Assembly (NCBI GenBank): GCA_025966005.1
Contig: JAOPVV010000331.1
Coordinates: forward strand, 1 to 39,452
DNA from: Frankiales bacterium
Lineage (GTDB): Bacteria; Actinomycetota; Actinomycetes; Mycobacteriales; SCTD01
DNA: 39,452 nucleotides
Direction of reading: 5' to 3'
Part shown: positions 9,161-18,284 of the stretch, one piece after another
Numbering within the stretch: position 1 is the stretch's first letter
Layout of the letters: each line of letters begins with the position of its first letter
Notes under the pieces: model-generated
The model's database searches: none
The model's input: the letters and a program-made list of their open reading frames with translations, nothing else
What the model was told of the DNA's origin: nothing
Made by a program: the position numbers and the translations under genes

Positions 9161-9192
9161 AGGGACGGTCCCGCGCTCGCGGGACCGTCCTT
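9161..9192. terminator. GC-rich hairpin between convergent genes (probable bidirectional terminator)
   Basis: Perfect inverted repeat GGACGGTCCCGCG (9163-9175) / CGCGGGACCGTCC (9178-9190), about 20 nt after the 9142 stop and just past the 9205 stop. Confidence 0.7.
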
Positions 9193-9204
9193 CGGCGTTC
9201 CGGG

Positions 9205-10026
9205 CTAGTTGAGCTGGGCCCGCGCGAGCCGGGCCTCGCGGCGGGCCGCGGTGGCCGCCGTCTCGTCCGCGCCGTCGACGACCATCGCGTACGTCTCGAG
9301 CTCCTCGGCGCCGGCGAGGTGGTCGCCGAGCCGCACCAGCAGCTCGCCCCGCTCGCGCCGCAGCTCGACCGGGTGGCGCGGCAGCAGCAGCGACAGCTCG
9401 ACCGCCCACAACCGGGTCGCGGTCACCTCGAGGGCCGGCGCCTGCCGCGAGGTCAGCGCCCGGACGTTGGTGAGCAGTCGCAGCAGCACGTCGGCTGGAC
9501 GCAGCACCCGGACGTCGGACGGGTCCCAGCCGCCCGCCGCCAGCCGCTGCGCCACCGCGACGGGGGTGAGGACCCGGCCACCGGCGAACGGGTCGACGAG
9601 CACGTGCTCGTCCTCCGGGTCGCCGAGCCCGACCACGACGTGACCGGGCAGCGCCACGGCGTACGCGGGGACGTCGAGCCGCGCGGCGACCTCCATCCAG
9701 ACCACCGACAGCAGCAGCGGCAGCCCGCGGCCTCGGCGCAGGACCTCGTGCAGCAGGGACGAGCGGACGTCCTCGTAGTCCTCGGCGAAGCCCGCAAACC
9801 CGGCCTGCTCGCCCAGCACGACCCGCAGCCCCTCCGCCGCCACCGCCGCCGAGCTGCCGACGGGGACACGCAGGCGGGCCGACGCCGCGAGGGCGTCGAG
9901 GACGGCCAGCGACACGTCGACGTCGAGGTCGGGCTCGCACTCGCCGCCGACGAGCAGGCACGCCATCCCGAGGTCGACCGGCTCGCTGCGCACGACCTCC
10001 GCGAAGCGCCGCCGGGTAGGGGTCAT
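9205..10026 (-). CDS. SirB1/transglutaminase-like (Transglut_core2) protein with C-terminal TPR
   Basis: GFAGFAEDYEDVRSSLLHEVLRRGRGLPLLLSVVW, ALPGHVVV, LVDPFAGG, LLRLLTNVR, ELRRERG. Confidence 0.85.
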   Translation of the reverse strand: MTPTRRRFAEVVRSEPVDLGMACLLVGGECEPDLDVDVSLAVLDALAASARLRVPVGSSAAVAAEGLRVVLGEQAGFAGFAEDYEDVRSSLLHEVLRRGRGLPLLLSVVWMEVAARLDVPAYAVALPGHVVVGLGDPEDEHVLVDPFAGGRVLTPVAVAQRLAAGGWDPSDVRVLRPADVLLRLLTNVRALTSRQAPALEVTATRLWAVELSLLLPRHPVELRRERGELLVRLGDHLAGAEELETYAMVVDGADETAATAARREARLARAQLN

Positions 10027-10268
10027 CCCCGCCGCGCCGGGGCGGGTGGGACGCGCTTGCCGGCCACGACGTCGTCCGGCCGGACCAGGTGCTCGACACC
10101 GTGCCGGTCGCGCACGACGACGGCGTCCGTGTCCCAGCGGAGCAGCTCGCCGAGCAGGTCGCCGAGGCCGCCCTCGGCCAGTCGGCGGCGCACGACGACG
10201 CGGGCGCCGACGTCGCCGGGACCCAGTGATGAGGAGTACCTCACCCCGGGTTGGTCAGCGGCGGCCAC
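10023..10268 (-). CDS. Small protein resembling the SH3-like N-terminal domain of actinobacterial GNAT acetyltransferases
   Basis: DVGARVVVRRRL...GDLLGELLRWD...VVAGKRVPPAPARR. ATGA overlap with the downstream gene; TAGTCT-N7-GTG upstream. Confidence 0.7.
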   Translation of the reverse strand: MAAADQPGVRYSSSLGPGDVGARVVVRRRLAEGGLGDLLGELLRWDTDAVVVRDRHGVEHLVRPDDVVAGKRVPPAPARRG

Positions 10269-10312
10269 GTGGGCGAGACTAGGGGCTCTGCAACGAGGAG
10301 AGGAACGCCGAC

Positions 10313-10654
10313 GTGACCTACGTCATCGCTGAGCCCTGCGTGGATCTCAAGGACAAGGCCTGCATCGAGGAGTGCCCTGTCGACTGCATCTACGAGGGCA
10401 AGCGGTCGCTGTACATCCACCCCGACGAGTGCGTGGACTGCGGTGCGTGCGAGCCGGTCTGCCCTGTCGAGGCGATCTTCTACGAGGACGACACCCCCGC
10501 GCAGTGGAAGGACTTCTACCGCGCGAACGTCGACTTCTTCACCGAGACCACCAACATCGGCTCGCCCGGCGGCGCGTCGAAGGTCGGCCCCGTCGACCTC
10601 GACCACCCCGTCGTGATGGCCGTGCCGCTCGGCAAGAACACCGAAGGCCACTGA
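10313..10654 (+). CDS. fdxA: 7Fe ferredoxin
   Basis: MTYVIAEPCVDLKDKACIEECPVDCIY...ECVDCGACEPVCPVEAI; GAGGAG SD. Confidence 0.96.
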   Translation: MTYVIAEPCVDLKDKACIEECPVDCIYEGKRSLYIHPDECVDCGACEPVCPVEAIFYEDDTPAQWKDFYRANVDFFTETTNIGSPGGASKVGPVDLDHPVVMAVPLGKNTEGH

Positions 10655-11799
10655 GCACCAGCGCGGCCGCGATCTCCGCCTCGGCGCGCCCGGCCGCCCG
10701 TCCGGGGTGGGCAGCGCGGTCGCGCCTGCCCGCGTTCCCCTGGGACCGGCTCGCGCCGTACGGCGAGCAGGCCCGGGCGCACGCAGGCGGCATCGTCGAC
10801 CTCTCGATCGGCACGCCGGTCGACCCGACACCGGCCGTCGTCCAGGCTGCGCTGCAGGCCGGCGCCGACTCACCCGGCTACCCGCTGACGATCGGCACGC
10901 CCGCCCTGCGCGAGGCGCTCGGCGCGTGGGTGTCCCGGCTGGGTACCCCGGTGCCGGCGTCGCAGGTCGTGCCGAGCATCGGCAGCAAGGAGACGGTGTC
11001 GCTGCTGCCCTCCCTGCTCGGGCTCACGCCCGGCACCGAGGTGCTGCTGCCCGCCCTGGCCTACCCGACCTACGACGTCGGCGCCCGCCTGGCCGGCTGC
11101 GTCCCCGTCGCCACCGACGACCCGACGTCCCACGACCCGGCGAACGTGTCGATGGTCTGGGTCAACTCGCCCTCCAACCCGACCGGCGAGGTGCTGTCGG
11201 CAGAGCGGCTGCGAGGGATCGTCGGGTGGGCGCGCGAGCACGACGTGCTGGTCGCCAGCGACGAGTGCTACCTCGAGCTCGGGTGGGACGTCGAGCCGGT
11301 CTCGGTGCTGCACCCGTCGGTCAGCGGCGGGTCGACCGACGGCGTGCTGGCCGTGCACTCGCTGTCCAAGCGCAGCAACCTCGCCGGCTACCGCGCCGGC
11401 TTCGTCGCCGGTGACGCCGCTGCGGTGGCGGCGCTGGTCGAGGCGCGCAAGCACATCGGCCTGCTGGTGCCCGGTCCCGTGCAGGCCGCGATGGTGGCCG
11501 CGCTCGGCGACGACACCCACGTCGCCACCCAGAAGGCGGTGTACGCGGCGCGCCGGACGCTGCTGCTCGACGCCGTCCGGTCGGCCGGCTTCACCGTGTC
11601 GCACTCCGACGCCGGGCTGTACCTGTGGTGCACCCGCGGCGAGGGCTGCTGGGACACCGTCGCCGCGCTGGCGTCCGTCGGCGTGCTGGTCGCGCCGGGC
11701 GAGTTCTACGGCACGGCCGGCGCGCAGCACGTGCGCTTCGCGCTGACGGCGACCGACGAGCGCGTCGCCGCCGCCGCCGAGCGCCTCGCCGCCCTGTAG
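10651..11799 (+). CDS. dapC: N-succinyldiaminopimelate aminotransferase (class I PLP); start codon uncertain
   Basis: RLPAFPWDRL, IVDLSIGTPVDP, WVNSPSNPTG, SDECY, HSLSKRSNLAGYRAGF; follows fdxA as in other actinobacteria. The only near-canonical starts before the conserved N-terminus are CTG 10651 (CTGA overlap) and ATC 10672. Confidence 0.88.
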   Translation: MSTSAAAISASARPAARPGWAARSRLPAFPWDRLAPYGEQARAHAGGIVDLSIGTPVDPTPAVVQAALQAGADSPGYPLTIGTPALREALGAWVSRLGTPVPASQVVPSIGSKETVSLLPSLLGLTPGTEVLLPALAYPTYDVGARLAGCVPVATDDPTSHDPANVSMVWVNSPSNPTGEVLSAERLRGIVGWAREHDVLVASDECYLELGWDVEPVSVLHPSVSGGSTDGVLAVHSLSKRSNLAGYRAGFVAGDAAAVAALVEARKHIGLLVPGPVQAAMVAALGDDTHVATQKAVYAARRTLLLDAVRSAGFTVSHSDAGLYLWCTRGEGCWDTVAALASVGVLVAPGEFYGTAGAQHVRFALTATDERVAAAAERLAAL

Positions 11800-11869
11800 C
11801 CCCCGGGCGGCCGTGGCGTCCGGTGTCCACGTCGCCGGAGTGAGGTCGTCCGCCCCGCCGCTGCGCAGG

Positions 11870-11912
11870 CATCGAAGGATCTTCAGCACCCTGGTGCTGA
11901 GGAAGCTCCGAA
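11870..11912 (-). repeat. REP-like palindromic repeat, copy C (solo, dapC-dapD intergenic)
   Basis: CATCGAAGGATCTTCAGCACCCTGGTGCTGAGGAAGCTCCGAA. Perfect TCAGCACC/GGTGCTGA stem; 32/43 identical to copy B in the same orientation (hand alignment). Confidence 0.8.
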
Positions 11913-11954
11913 CCCCGGCGGCGCCGGCCGCTGGCGTGGGCGGCCTGGCCGAGA

Positions 11955-12008
11955 GCGACCGGGCCGACGGCGACCGGGCAGAAGGCGACGGGGTAGAGGC
12001 GACCGGTG
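11955..12008. repeat. Degenerate ~15-bp tandem repeat, ~3.7 units
   Basis: GCGACCGGGCCGACG / GCGACCGGGCAGAAG / GCGACGGGGTAGAG / GCGACCGGTG. Confidence 0.6.
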
Positions 12009-12100
12009 CTGTTCGCCGCCGCCCTGGCCTCTGGCGCCGTGCCACCCGCGCTCGTCGGCCGGCACCGGGGCGGGGCGGACGGCTCACTAGGCTGTCGTCC

Positions 12101-12922
12101 ATGACCTCGAGCGCCCTGCCCCCCGTCCTCGACGAGCTCTGGGAGCGCCGCGACGCGCTCAGCCCGGCGGACGAGGACGCGCGCAAGATCGTCGTCGCCG
12201 CTGTCGACCAGCTCGACGCCGGCGAGGCCCGGGTCGCGCAGGTGGTCGACGGCGAGGTCGTCGTCGACCAGCGGGCCAAGCGCGCCATCCTGCTCGCCTT
12301 CAAGGTCCTCGAGATGGAGGAGGGCAGCAACGGCGGCTTCTACGTCCACGACAAGGTGCCGCTCAAGGCCAGCTTCCCGGGCGTGCGGGTCGTCGCCGGC
12401 GCGATCGCCCGCTGGGGCAGCCACTTCGAGCCCGGCGTGATCCTCATGCCGAGCTACACCAACATCGGCGGGTACGTCGGCAGCGGCTCGATGGTCGACA
12501 CCTGGGCGACCGTCGGCTCCTGCGCGCAGATCGGCAGGAACGTCCACCTGTCCGGTGGCGTCGGCATCGGTGGCGTGCTCGAGCCGGCCCAGGCCGCCCC
12601 CGTCGTGGTCGAGGACGACGCGTTCATCGGCTCGCGCAGCATGGTCGTCGAGGGTGCCCGGGTCCGCACCGGCGCCAAGCTCGGCGCCGGCGCGATCCTC
12701 ACCGCCAGCACCCGCGTGTTCGAGGCCGAGACCGGCACGGAGCTTCCCCGCGGCGAGGCGCCCGAGCGGGCCGTCTGCGTCGGCTCGACCCGCGTCAAGT
12801 CCTTCCCGGGCGGCGAGTTCGGGATGCCGTGCCTGCTGGTGCTGCGCTACCTCGAGCCGGGCCAGGAGCACGACAAGCTCGTCCTCAACGACATCCTGCG
12901 CGAGGCCGGCGTCGCCCCGTGA
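12101..12922 (+). CDS. dapD: 2,3,4,5-tetrahydropyridine-2,6-dicarboxylate N-succinyltransferase
   Basis: HDKVPLK, LMPSYTNIGGYV, MVDTWATVGSCAQIG, GGVGIGGVLEP. ATG 12101 is preceded by TAGGCT-N7. Confidence 0.93.
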   Translation: MTSSALPPVLDELWERRDALSPADEDARKIVVAAVDQLDAGEARVAQVVDGEVVVDQRAKRAILLAFKVLEMEEGSNGGFYVHDKVPLKASFPGVRVVAGAIARWGSHFEPGVILMPSYTNIGGYVGSGSMVDTWATVGSCAQIGRNVHLSGGVGIGGVLEPAQAAPVVVEDDAFIGSRSMVVEGARVRTGAKLGAGAILTASTRVFEAETGTELPRGEAPERAVCVGSTRVKSFPGGEFGMPCLLVLRYLEPGQEHDKLVLNDILREAGVAP

Positions 12923-13326
12923 CCTCACCGGCCACGCTCCGCGACGTCTGCCTCGACGCCCTCGCCCCGGTCAAGGTCGGGGCGTTCTGGGGCGCCGTGC
13001 TCGGCCGCGAGCCGGCCGATGCGGGGGAGGGCGACGGCGCGACGCGCGACGTCGTCCTGCGCGAGAACCCGGCCAGCCCCGGCATGACGCTGTGGGTCAA
13101 CGGCGTGCCCGAGGCCAAGACCGAGAAGCTGCGGCTGCACCTCGACGTCGACCTGCGCGAGGGGCAGGGCGTCGCCGACCTGGTCGCGCTCGGTGCCACC
13201 GTCGTGCGCGAGCCCGGTGACGACACCCGCTGGTGGGTGCTCGCCGACCCCGAGGGCAACGAGTTCTGCGCCTTCCCGCCCCAGCCGGTCGCCACCAACG
13301 ACGAGGACGCCGAGGTCGCGGTGTGA
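12919..13326 (+). CDS. VOC/glyoxalase-like protein
   Basis: [37 protein letters not shown]; GTGA overlaps at both ends. Confidence 0.88.
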   Translation: MTSPATLRDVCLDALAPVKVGAFWGAVLGREPADAGEGDGATRDVVLRENPASPGMTLWVNGVPEAKTEKLRLHLDVDLREGQGVADLVALGATVVREPGDDTRWWVLADPEGNEFCAFPPQPVATNDEDAEVAV

Positions 13327-14378
13327 GCCTCGACCTCGCCCAGGACCCGGTCGACCTCACCGCCGCGCTCGTCGACGTCGAGAGCGTCAGCGGCAACGAG
13401 GCGCCGCTTGCCGACCTCGTCGAGGCGGCGCTCACGGCCCTGCCGCACCTGACGGTCGTCCGCGACGGCAACAACGTCGTCGCCCGCACCAGCCTGGGCC
13501 GCGAGCGCCGGGTGCTGCTCGCCGGCCACCTCGACACCGTGCCGGTCGCCGACAACCTGCCCAGCCGCCGCGACGGCGGGCTGCTCTACGGCTGCGGCAC
13601 CACCGACATGAAGGCCGGCGACGCGGTGCTGCTGCACCTGGCCGCCACGCTGGCCGAGCCGGCGTACGACCTGACCTTCGTGCTCTACGACAACGAGGAG
13701 GTCGAGGCCGCCAAGAACGGGCTCAAGCGCCTGGTCGAGACCCGCCGCGACCTGCTCGAGGCCGACCTCGCGGTGCTCATGGAGCCGACCAGCGGCCAGG
13801 TCGAGGCCGGCTGCCAGGGCACCCTGCGCGTCCAGGTGACGATCCCCGGACGTCGCGCCCACAGCGCCCGCGGCTGGCTCGGCGAGAACGCCATCCACGC
13901 CGCCGCACCGCTGCTGACGACGCTGGTCCGCTACGAGCCGCGCGACGTCGAGATCGACGGCTGCACGTACAGGGAGGGCCTCAACGCCGTCCGCATCGAC
14001 GGCGGCGTGGCCGGCAACGTCATCCCGGACGCCTGCACCGTCACGGTCAACTTCCGCTTCGCCCCCGACCGCTCGGTCGAGCAGGCCGAGCAGCACGTCC
14101 GCGAGGTCTTCGACGGGTACGCCGTGACCCTCACCGACGCCGCCCCCGGCGCGCTTCCCGGCCTGTCCGCCCCCGCGGCCGCGCACTTCGTCGAGGCCGT
14201 CGGCGGCACGCCGCTCGCCAAGTACGGCTGGACCGACGTCGCCCGCTTCGCCGCCCTCGGCATCCCGGCGGTCAACTACGGCCCCGGCGACCCGAACCTC
14301 GCGCACACCCGCGAGGAGCACATCGAGGTCGCCCGGATCCACGCGTGCACCGAGGCCCTGCGCTCGTACCTGTCTTGA
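13323..14378 (+). CDS. dapE: Succinyl-diaminopimelate desuccinylase
   Basis: [57 protein letters not shown]; GTG 13323 overlaps the upstream stop. Confidence 0.94.
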   Translation: MSLDLAQDPVDLTAALVDVESVSGNEAPLADLVEAALTALPHLTVVRDGNNVVARTSLGRERRVLLAGHLDTVPVADNLPSRRDGGLLYGCGTTDMKAGDAVLLHLAATLAEPAYDLTFVLYDNEEVEAAKNGLKRLVETRRDLLEADLAVLMEPTSGQVEAGCQGTLRVQVTIPGRRAHSARGWLGENAIHAAAPLLTTLVRYEPRDVEIDGCTYREGLNAVRIDGGVAGNVIPDACTVTVNFRFAPDRSVEQAEQHVREVFDGYAVTLTDAAPGALPGLSAPAAAHFVEAVGGTPLAKYGWTDVARFAALGIPAVNYGPGDPNLAHTREEHIEVARIHACTEALRSYLS

Positions 14379-16876
14379 CCCTCACCGACCTCGTCCCCGA
14401 GCCCGCCGAGCCCGACGCCGTCTACGAGGCGTTCGTCGACTGGGCCTACGAGCAGCAGGGCCTGTCGCTCTACCCGGCGCAGGACGAGGCGCTGCTCGAG
14501 GTCGTGACCGGCAGCAACGTCGTGCTGTCGACGCCGACGGGCTCCGGCAAGTCGCTGGTCGCCGCGGGCGCCCAGTTCTCCGCGCTCGCGGTCGGGAAGC
14601 GGAGCTTCTACACCGCGCCGATCAAGGCGCTGGTGAGCGAGAAGTTCTTCGCCCTGTGCGCCACCTTCGGCGCCCACAACGTCGGGATGATGACCGGCGA
14701 CGCGACCGTCAACGGCGGCGCCCCGGTCATCTGCTGCACCGCCGAGATCCTGGCGAACCTGGCGCTTCGCGAGGGCGCGGACGCGGACGTCGGACTGGTC
14801 GTCATGGACGAGTTCCACTACTACGCCGACCCCGAGCGCGGCTGGGCCTGGCAGGTGCCGCTGCTGGAGCTGACGAAGACGCAGTTCGTGCTCATGTCGG
14901 CGACACTCGGCGACGTCAGCCGCTTCGAGACCGCGCTGACCCGCCGGACCGGACGCGACACCGCCGTCGTCACCAGCGTCGACCGTCCGGTGCCGCTGTC
15001 GTTCGAGTACGTCACGACACCGCTGCACGAGACGCTCGAGGAGCTGCTCAGCACCCACCGCGCGCCCGTCTACGTCGTCCACTTCACCCAGGCCGCCGCG
15101 GTCGAGCAGGCGCAGGCGCTGATGAGCGTCAACGTCTGCACCCGCGAGGAGAAGGACCAGATCGCCGAGCTGATCGGCGACTTCCGGTTCACCAAGGGCT
15201 TCGGCGGGACGCTCAGCCGGCTGGTGCGGCACGGCATCGGCGTCCACCACGCCGGGATGCTGCCGAAGTACCGCCGCCTCGTCGAGCTGCTCGCCCAGGC
15301 CGGGCTGCTCAAGGTCGTCTGCGGCACCGACACCCTCGGCGTGGGCATCAACGTGCCGATCCGCACGGTGCTGTTCACCGGGCTGACCAAGTACGACGGC
15401 GTGCGCACCCGCCACCTCAAGGCCCGCGAGTTCCACCAGATCGCCGGTCGCGCCGGACGGGCGGGCTACGACACCGCGGGCAGCGTCATCGTCCAGGCGC
15501 CCGAGCACGACGTCGAGAACGCCAAGCGGATCGCCAAGGCCGGCGACGACCCGAAGAAGCTCAAGCGGGTCGAGCGCAAGAAGGCCCCCGAGGGCTTCGT
15601 GTCGTGGGGGAAGCCGACGTTCGAGCGGCTGGTCGCGGCCGAGCCGGAGGTGCTGACCAGCTCGTTCAAGGTCACCCACTCGATGCTGCTGCAGGTCGTC
15701 CAGCGCGACGGCGACTTCTTCGCCCACATGCGCCGGCTGCTGCTCGACAACGACGAGCCGCGGGTCAACCAGCGCCGGCTCGTCCGCAAGGCCATCAACG
15801 TCTACCGGGCGCTGCTCAAGGCGGGCGTCATCGAACGGCTCGACGTGCCCGACGCGCACGGCCGGACCGTCCGGCTCACGGTCGACCTGCAGGCCGACTT
15901 CGCCCTCGACCAGCCGCTCTCGCCGTTCGCGGTCGCCGCGCTCGAGCTGCTCGACCGCGAGTCGCCGACGTACGCCCTGGACGTCCTGTCCGTCGTCGAG
16001 GCGACGCTGGACGACCCGCGCCAGGTGCTGTCGGCGCAGCGCAGCAAGGCCAAGGGCGAGGCCGTGGCGATCATGAAGCAGGAGGGCATCGAGTACGACG
16101 AGCGGATGGAGCGGCTCGAGGACGTCACCTGGCCGATGCCGCTCGCCGAGGAGCTGTTCGGGGCGTTCGAGGTCTACCGCGGCGGCCACCCGTGGGTCGC
16201 CGACGAGGAGCTGTCGCCGAAGTCGATCGCCCGTGACCTGTCCGAGCGCGCGATGACCTTCGTCGAGTACGTCGGCTTCTACCAGCTGGCCCGCTCCGAG
16301 GGCCTGGTGCTGCGCTACCTCGCCGACGCGTTCAAGGCGCTGCGCCGGACGGTGCCGGAGGCGTTCCGCACCGAGGAGGTCGAGGACCTCATCGCCTGGC
16401 TCGGCGAGCTCGTGCGGCAGGTCGACTCCTCGCTGCTCGAGGAGTGGGAGGCGCTGCGCTCCCCGACCGCCGAGGTGCCGGCCACGCAGCCGGTGGACGA
16501 GAAGCCGCCGTCGGTGTCGTCCAACGAGCGGGCGTTCCGCGTGATGGTCCGCAACGCGGTCTTCCGCCGGGTCGAGCTGATGGCGCTGCGCCGCTGGATC
16601 GACCTCGGCGAGCTCGACCCCGAGTTCGGGCAGGACGCGTGGGAGGAAGCGGTGAGGGCGTACTTCGAGGAGCACGACGAGCTGGAGACCGGTGCCGACG
16701 CCCGCGGGCCGGCGCTGTTCGCGGTGACCAAGGAGCCCGGGAAGTGGCTCGTGCGCCAGACGCTGGCCGACCCGCGCGGCGACCACGACTGGGTCCTCGA
16801 CGCGACCGTCGACCTCGCGGCCTCGGACGAGGCCGGCGGCGCCGTGCTGACGGTGGAGCACGTCGGGATGCTCTGA
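14375..16876 (+). CDS. Ski2-like DEAD/DEAH-box helicase with DUF3516-type C-terminus
   Basis: [50 protein letters not shown] 14375 overlaps the dapE TGA. Confidence 0.92.
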   Translation: MTLTDLVPEPAEPDAVYEAFVDWAYEQQGLSLYPAQDEALLEVVTGSNVVLSTPTGSGKSLVAAGAQFSALAVGKRSFYTAPIKALVSEKFFALCATFGAHNVGMMTGDATVNGGAPVICCTAEILANLALREGADADVGLVVMDEFHYYADPERGWAWQVPLLELTKTQFVLMSATLGDVSRFETALTRRTGRDTAVVTSVDRPVPLSFEYVTTPLHETLEELLSTHRAPVYVVHFTQAAAVEQAQALMSVNVCTREEKDQIAELIGDFRFTKGFGGTLSRLVRHGIGVHHAGMLPKYRRLVELLAQAGLLKVVCGTDTLGVGINVPIRTVLFTGLTKYDGVRTRHLKAREFHQIAGRAGRAGYDTAGSVIVQAPEHDVENAKRIAKAGDDPKKLKRVERKKAPEGFVSWGKPTFERLVAAEPEVLTSSFKVTHSMLLQVVQRDGDFFAHMRRLLLDNDEPRVNQRRLVRKAINVYRALLKAGVIERLDVPDAHGRTVRLTVDLQADFALDQPLSPFAVAALELLDRESPTYALDVLSVVEATLDDPRQVLSAQRSKAKGEAVAIMKQEGIEYDERMERLEDVTWPMPLAEELFGAFEVYRGGHPWVADEELSPKSIARDLSERAMTFVEYVGFYQLARSEGLVLRYLADAFKALRRTVPEAFRTEEVEDLIAWLGELVRQVDSSLLEEWEALRSPTAEVPATQPVDEKPPSVSSNERAFRVMVRNAVFRRVELMALRRWIDLGELDPEFGQDAWEEAVRAYFEEHDELETGADARGPALFAVTKEPGKWLVRQTLADPRGDHDWVLDATVDLAASDEAGGAVLTVEHVGML

Positions 16877-16991
16877 GCGGGGGTTCCCGTGTGCCGCCCG
16901 ACCGGGTGGGGCAGGATGGACGACTGGCGGCGCCTCCCGGCGTCCTGTGTACCAGGGCCCGCGACGCGGGTCCGTCCGAGGACGGGGACGC

Positions 16992-18284
16992 GTGGACGAG
17001 CAGGACGGCACCGGCGAGCTGGCGGCAGTGCTGCCCGAGCGACCCGCCGAGCGGCTGCTGCACTCCGACCCGCACGACTTCGCCGGTCTCTACATCCGGC
17101 ACCGCTCGTCGTTCACGCTGCACGCCCGGCGCTACCTGCGCGACCAGCGCGACGCCGACGAGGTCGTCCAGGAGGCGTTCCTGCGGCTGTTCCTCGCGCT
17201 GCCCGAGCTCGACACCGAACTGCAGGCGCTGGCGTACTGCCGCCCCACGATCACGAACCTCTGCATCGACCGGTTCCGCGCGCAGGCCCGCCGGCCGTAC
17301 CTGGTCGACCTCGACAGCGTCCCGGTCGACGTGCTGGTCGACGACGACCCCGGTGACCCCGTCGTCCGCGCCGAGGACGCCGCGCTCGTGCGCGCCGCGC
17401 TGTCGATGCTGTCGCCGCTGCACCGCGCCGCCCTGGTCAAGCGCGAGATCGAGGAGAAGCCGCTCCCGGTCATCGCCGCCGAGCTGGACATCCCCGAGGA
17501 GAGCGTCAAGCACCTGCTGTTCCGGGCCCGTCGGGCGCTGCGCAAGATCCTCGCCGAGAGCTCGCTGGCGCCCGGCGGCGACGGCCAGCTGAGCGCCGCC
17601 CTGGCCAAGGCCGTCTCGCGCGGCGGCATGGCGGTCGTCGCGGTGCTGCTGGCCGCGATCGGCCTCGGCACCGGACCCGACCTGCGTGCCATCCCGGTGC
17701 TCGGCCGGGACCTGCCGGACCTGCCGTCCGTCACCGAGATCGCCGCCAGCATCGGCAAGGCGTTCCGCGACGCCCCGGCCTCGGACGAGCCGTCCGACCC
17801 GTCCGGTGGCGAGGCCCCGCCGGCACCGGACGAGCCGGACGTCGACCCGGTCGAGCCTCTGGTCGTCCCTGTGCCCTCGTCGAGCCCCACTGCGCCGGCG
17901 TCCGCCCCGGCCACCGCGACGGTGGGCACGCTGCCCGTCGGGCCGATCCTGCCCGCCCCGCCGTCGCCGTCCACCGACCCCTCGCCGTCGGCCGATGAGC
18001 CGTCGCCGTCGGCGAGCGCCGCCCCCGAGGGCTCTCAGGAGCCGAGTCCGCGGGCGTCCGAGGCCACCCCGCAGAGCAGCCCGACCGCAGTCGGCCCGCT
18101 GGCGGACGGCGCCAAGCCGGCCTCCGCGGAGCCTTCGCCGTCCAGCTCGCCGGAGACCAGCGGTCGCAAGAGCGACCCGAGCTCCTGGGACGCCCTGCCG
18201 GACGGGCTCGGCTGGGCGATCGACCCCAGCAACCCGTCGGTCTACGTGCTCGTGCCCGTCGGCCCGGACGCTCAGCGGGGCTAA
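16992..18284 (+). CDS. ECF sigma-70 factor with C-terminal hydrophobic helix and Pro/Ser/Thr-rich extension
   Basis: sigma2 FAGLYIRHR...DADEVVQEAFLRLF; sigma4 LSPLHRAAL...IAAELDIPEESVKHLLFRARRALRK; then MAVVAVLLAAIGLG and a PST-rich tract. Start at 16992, or 16947. Confidence 0.85.
   Translation: MDEQDGTGELAAVLPERPAERLLHSDPHDFAGLYIRHRSSFTLHARRYLRDQRDADEVVQEAFLRLFLALPELDTELQALAYCRPTITNLCIDRFRAQARRPYLVDLDSVPVDVLVDDDPGDPVVRAEDAALVRAALSMLSPLHRAALVKREIEEKPLPVIAAELDIPEESVKHLLFRARRALRKILAESSLAPGGDGQLSAALAKAVSRGGMAVVAVLLAAIGLGTGPDLRAIPVLGRDLPDLPSVTEIAASIGKAFRDAPASDEPSDPSGGEAPPAPDEPDVDPVEPLVVPVPSSSPTAPASAPATATVGTLPVGPILPAPPSPSTDPSPSADEPSPSASAAPEGSQEPSPRASEATPQSSPTAVGPLADGAKPASAEPSPSSSPETSGRKSDPSSWDALPDGLGWAIDPSNPSVYVLVPVGPDAQRG

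Noticed and set aside
11955-12008. Possible CRISPR array
   Set aside because: The units are ~15 bp, adjacent and degenerate, with no spacers and no cas genes.
11813-12100. 96-aa N-terminal extension of DapD
   Set aside because: It translates the repeat-containing spacer; TAGGCT-N7-ATG supports 12101.
13193-14374. N-terminal 394 aa of the 1227-aa helicase ORF
   Set aside because: It overlaps the VOC gene and dapE in another frame; the helicase begins at TTG 14375.
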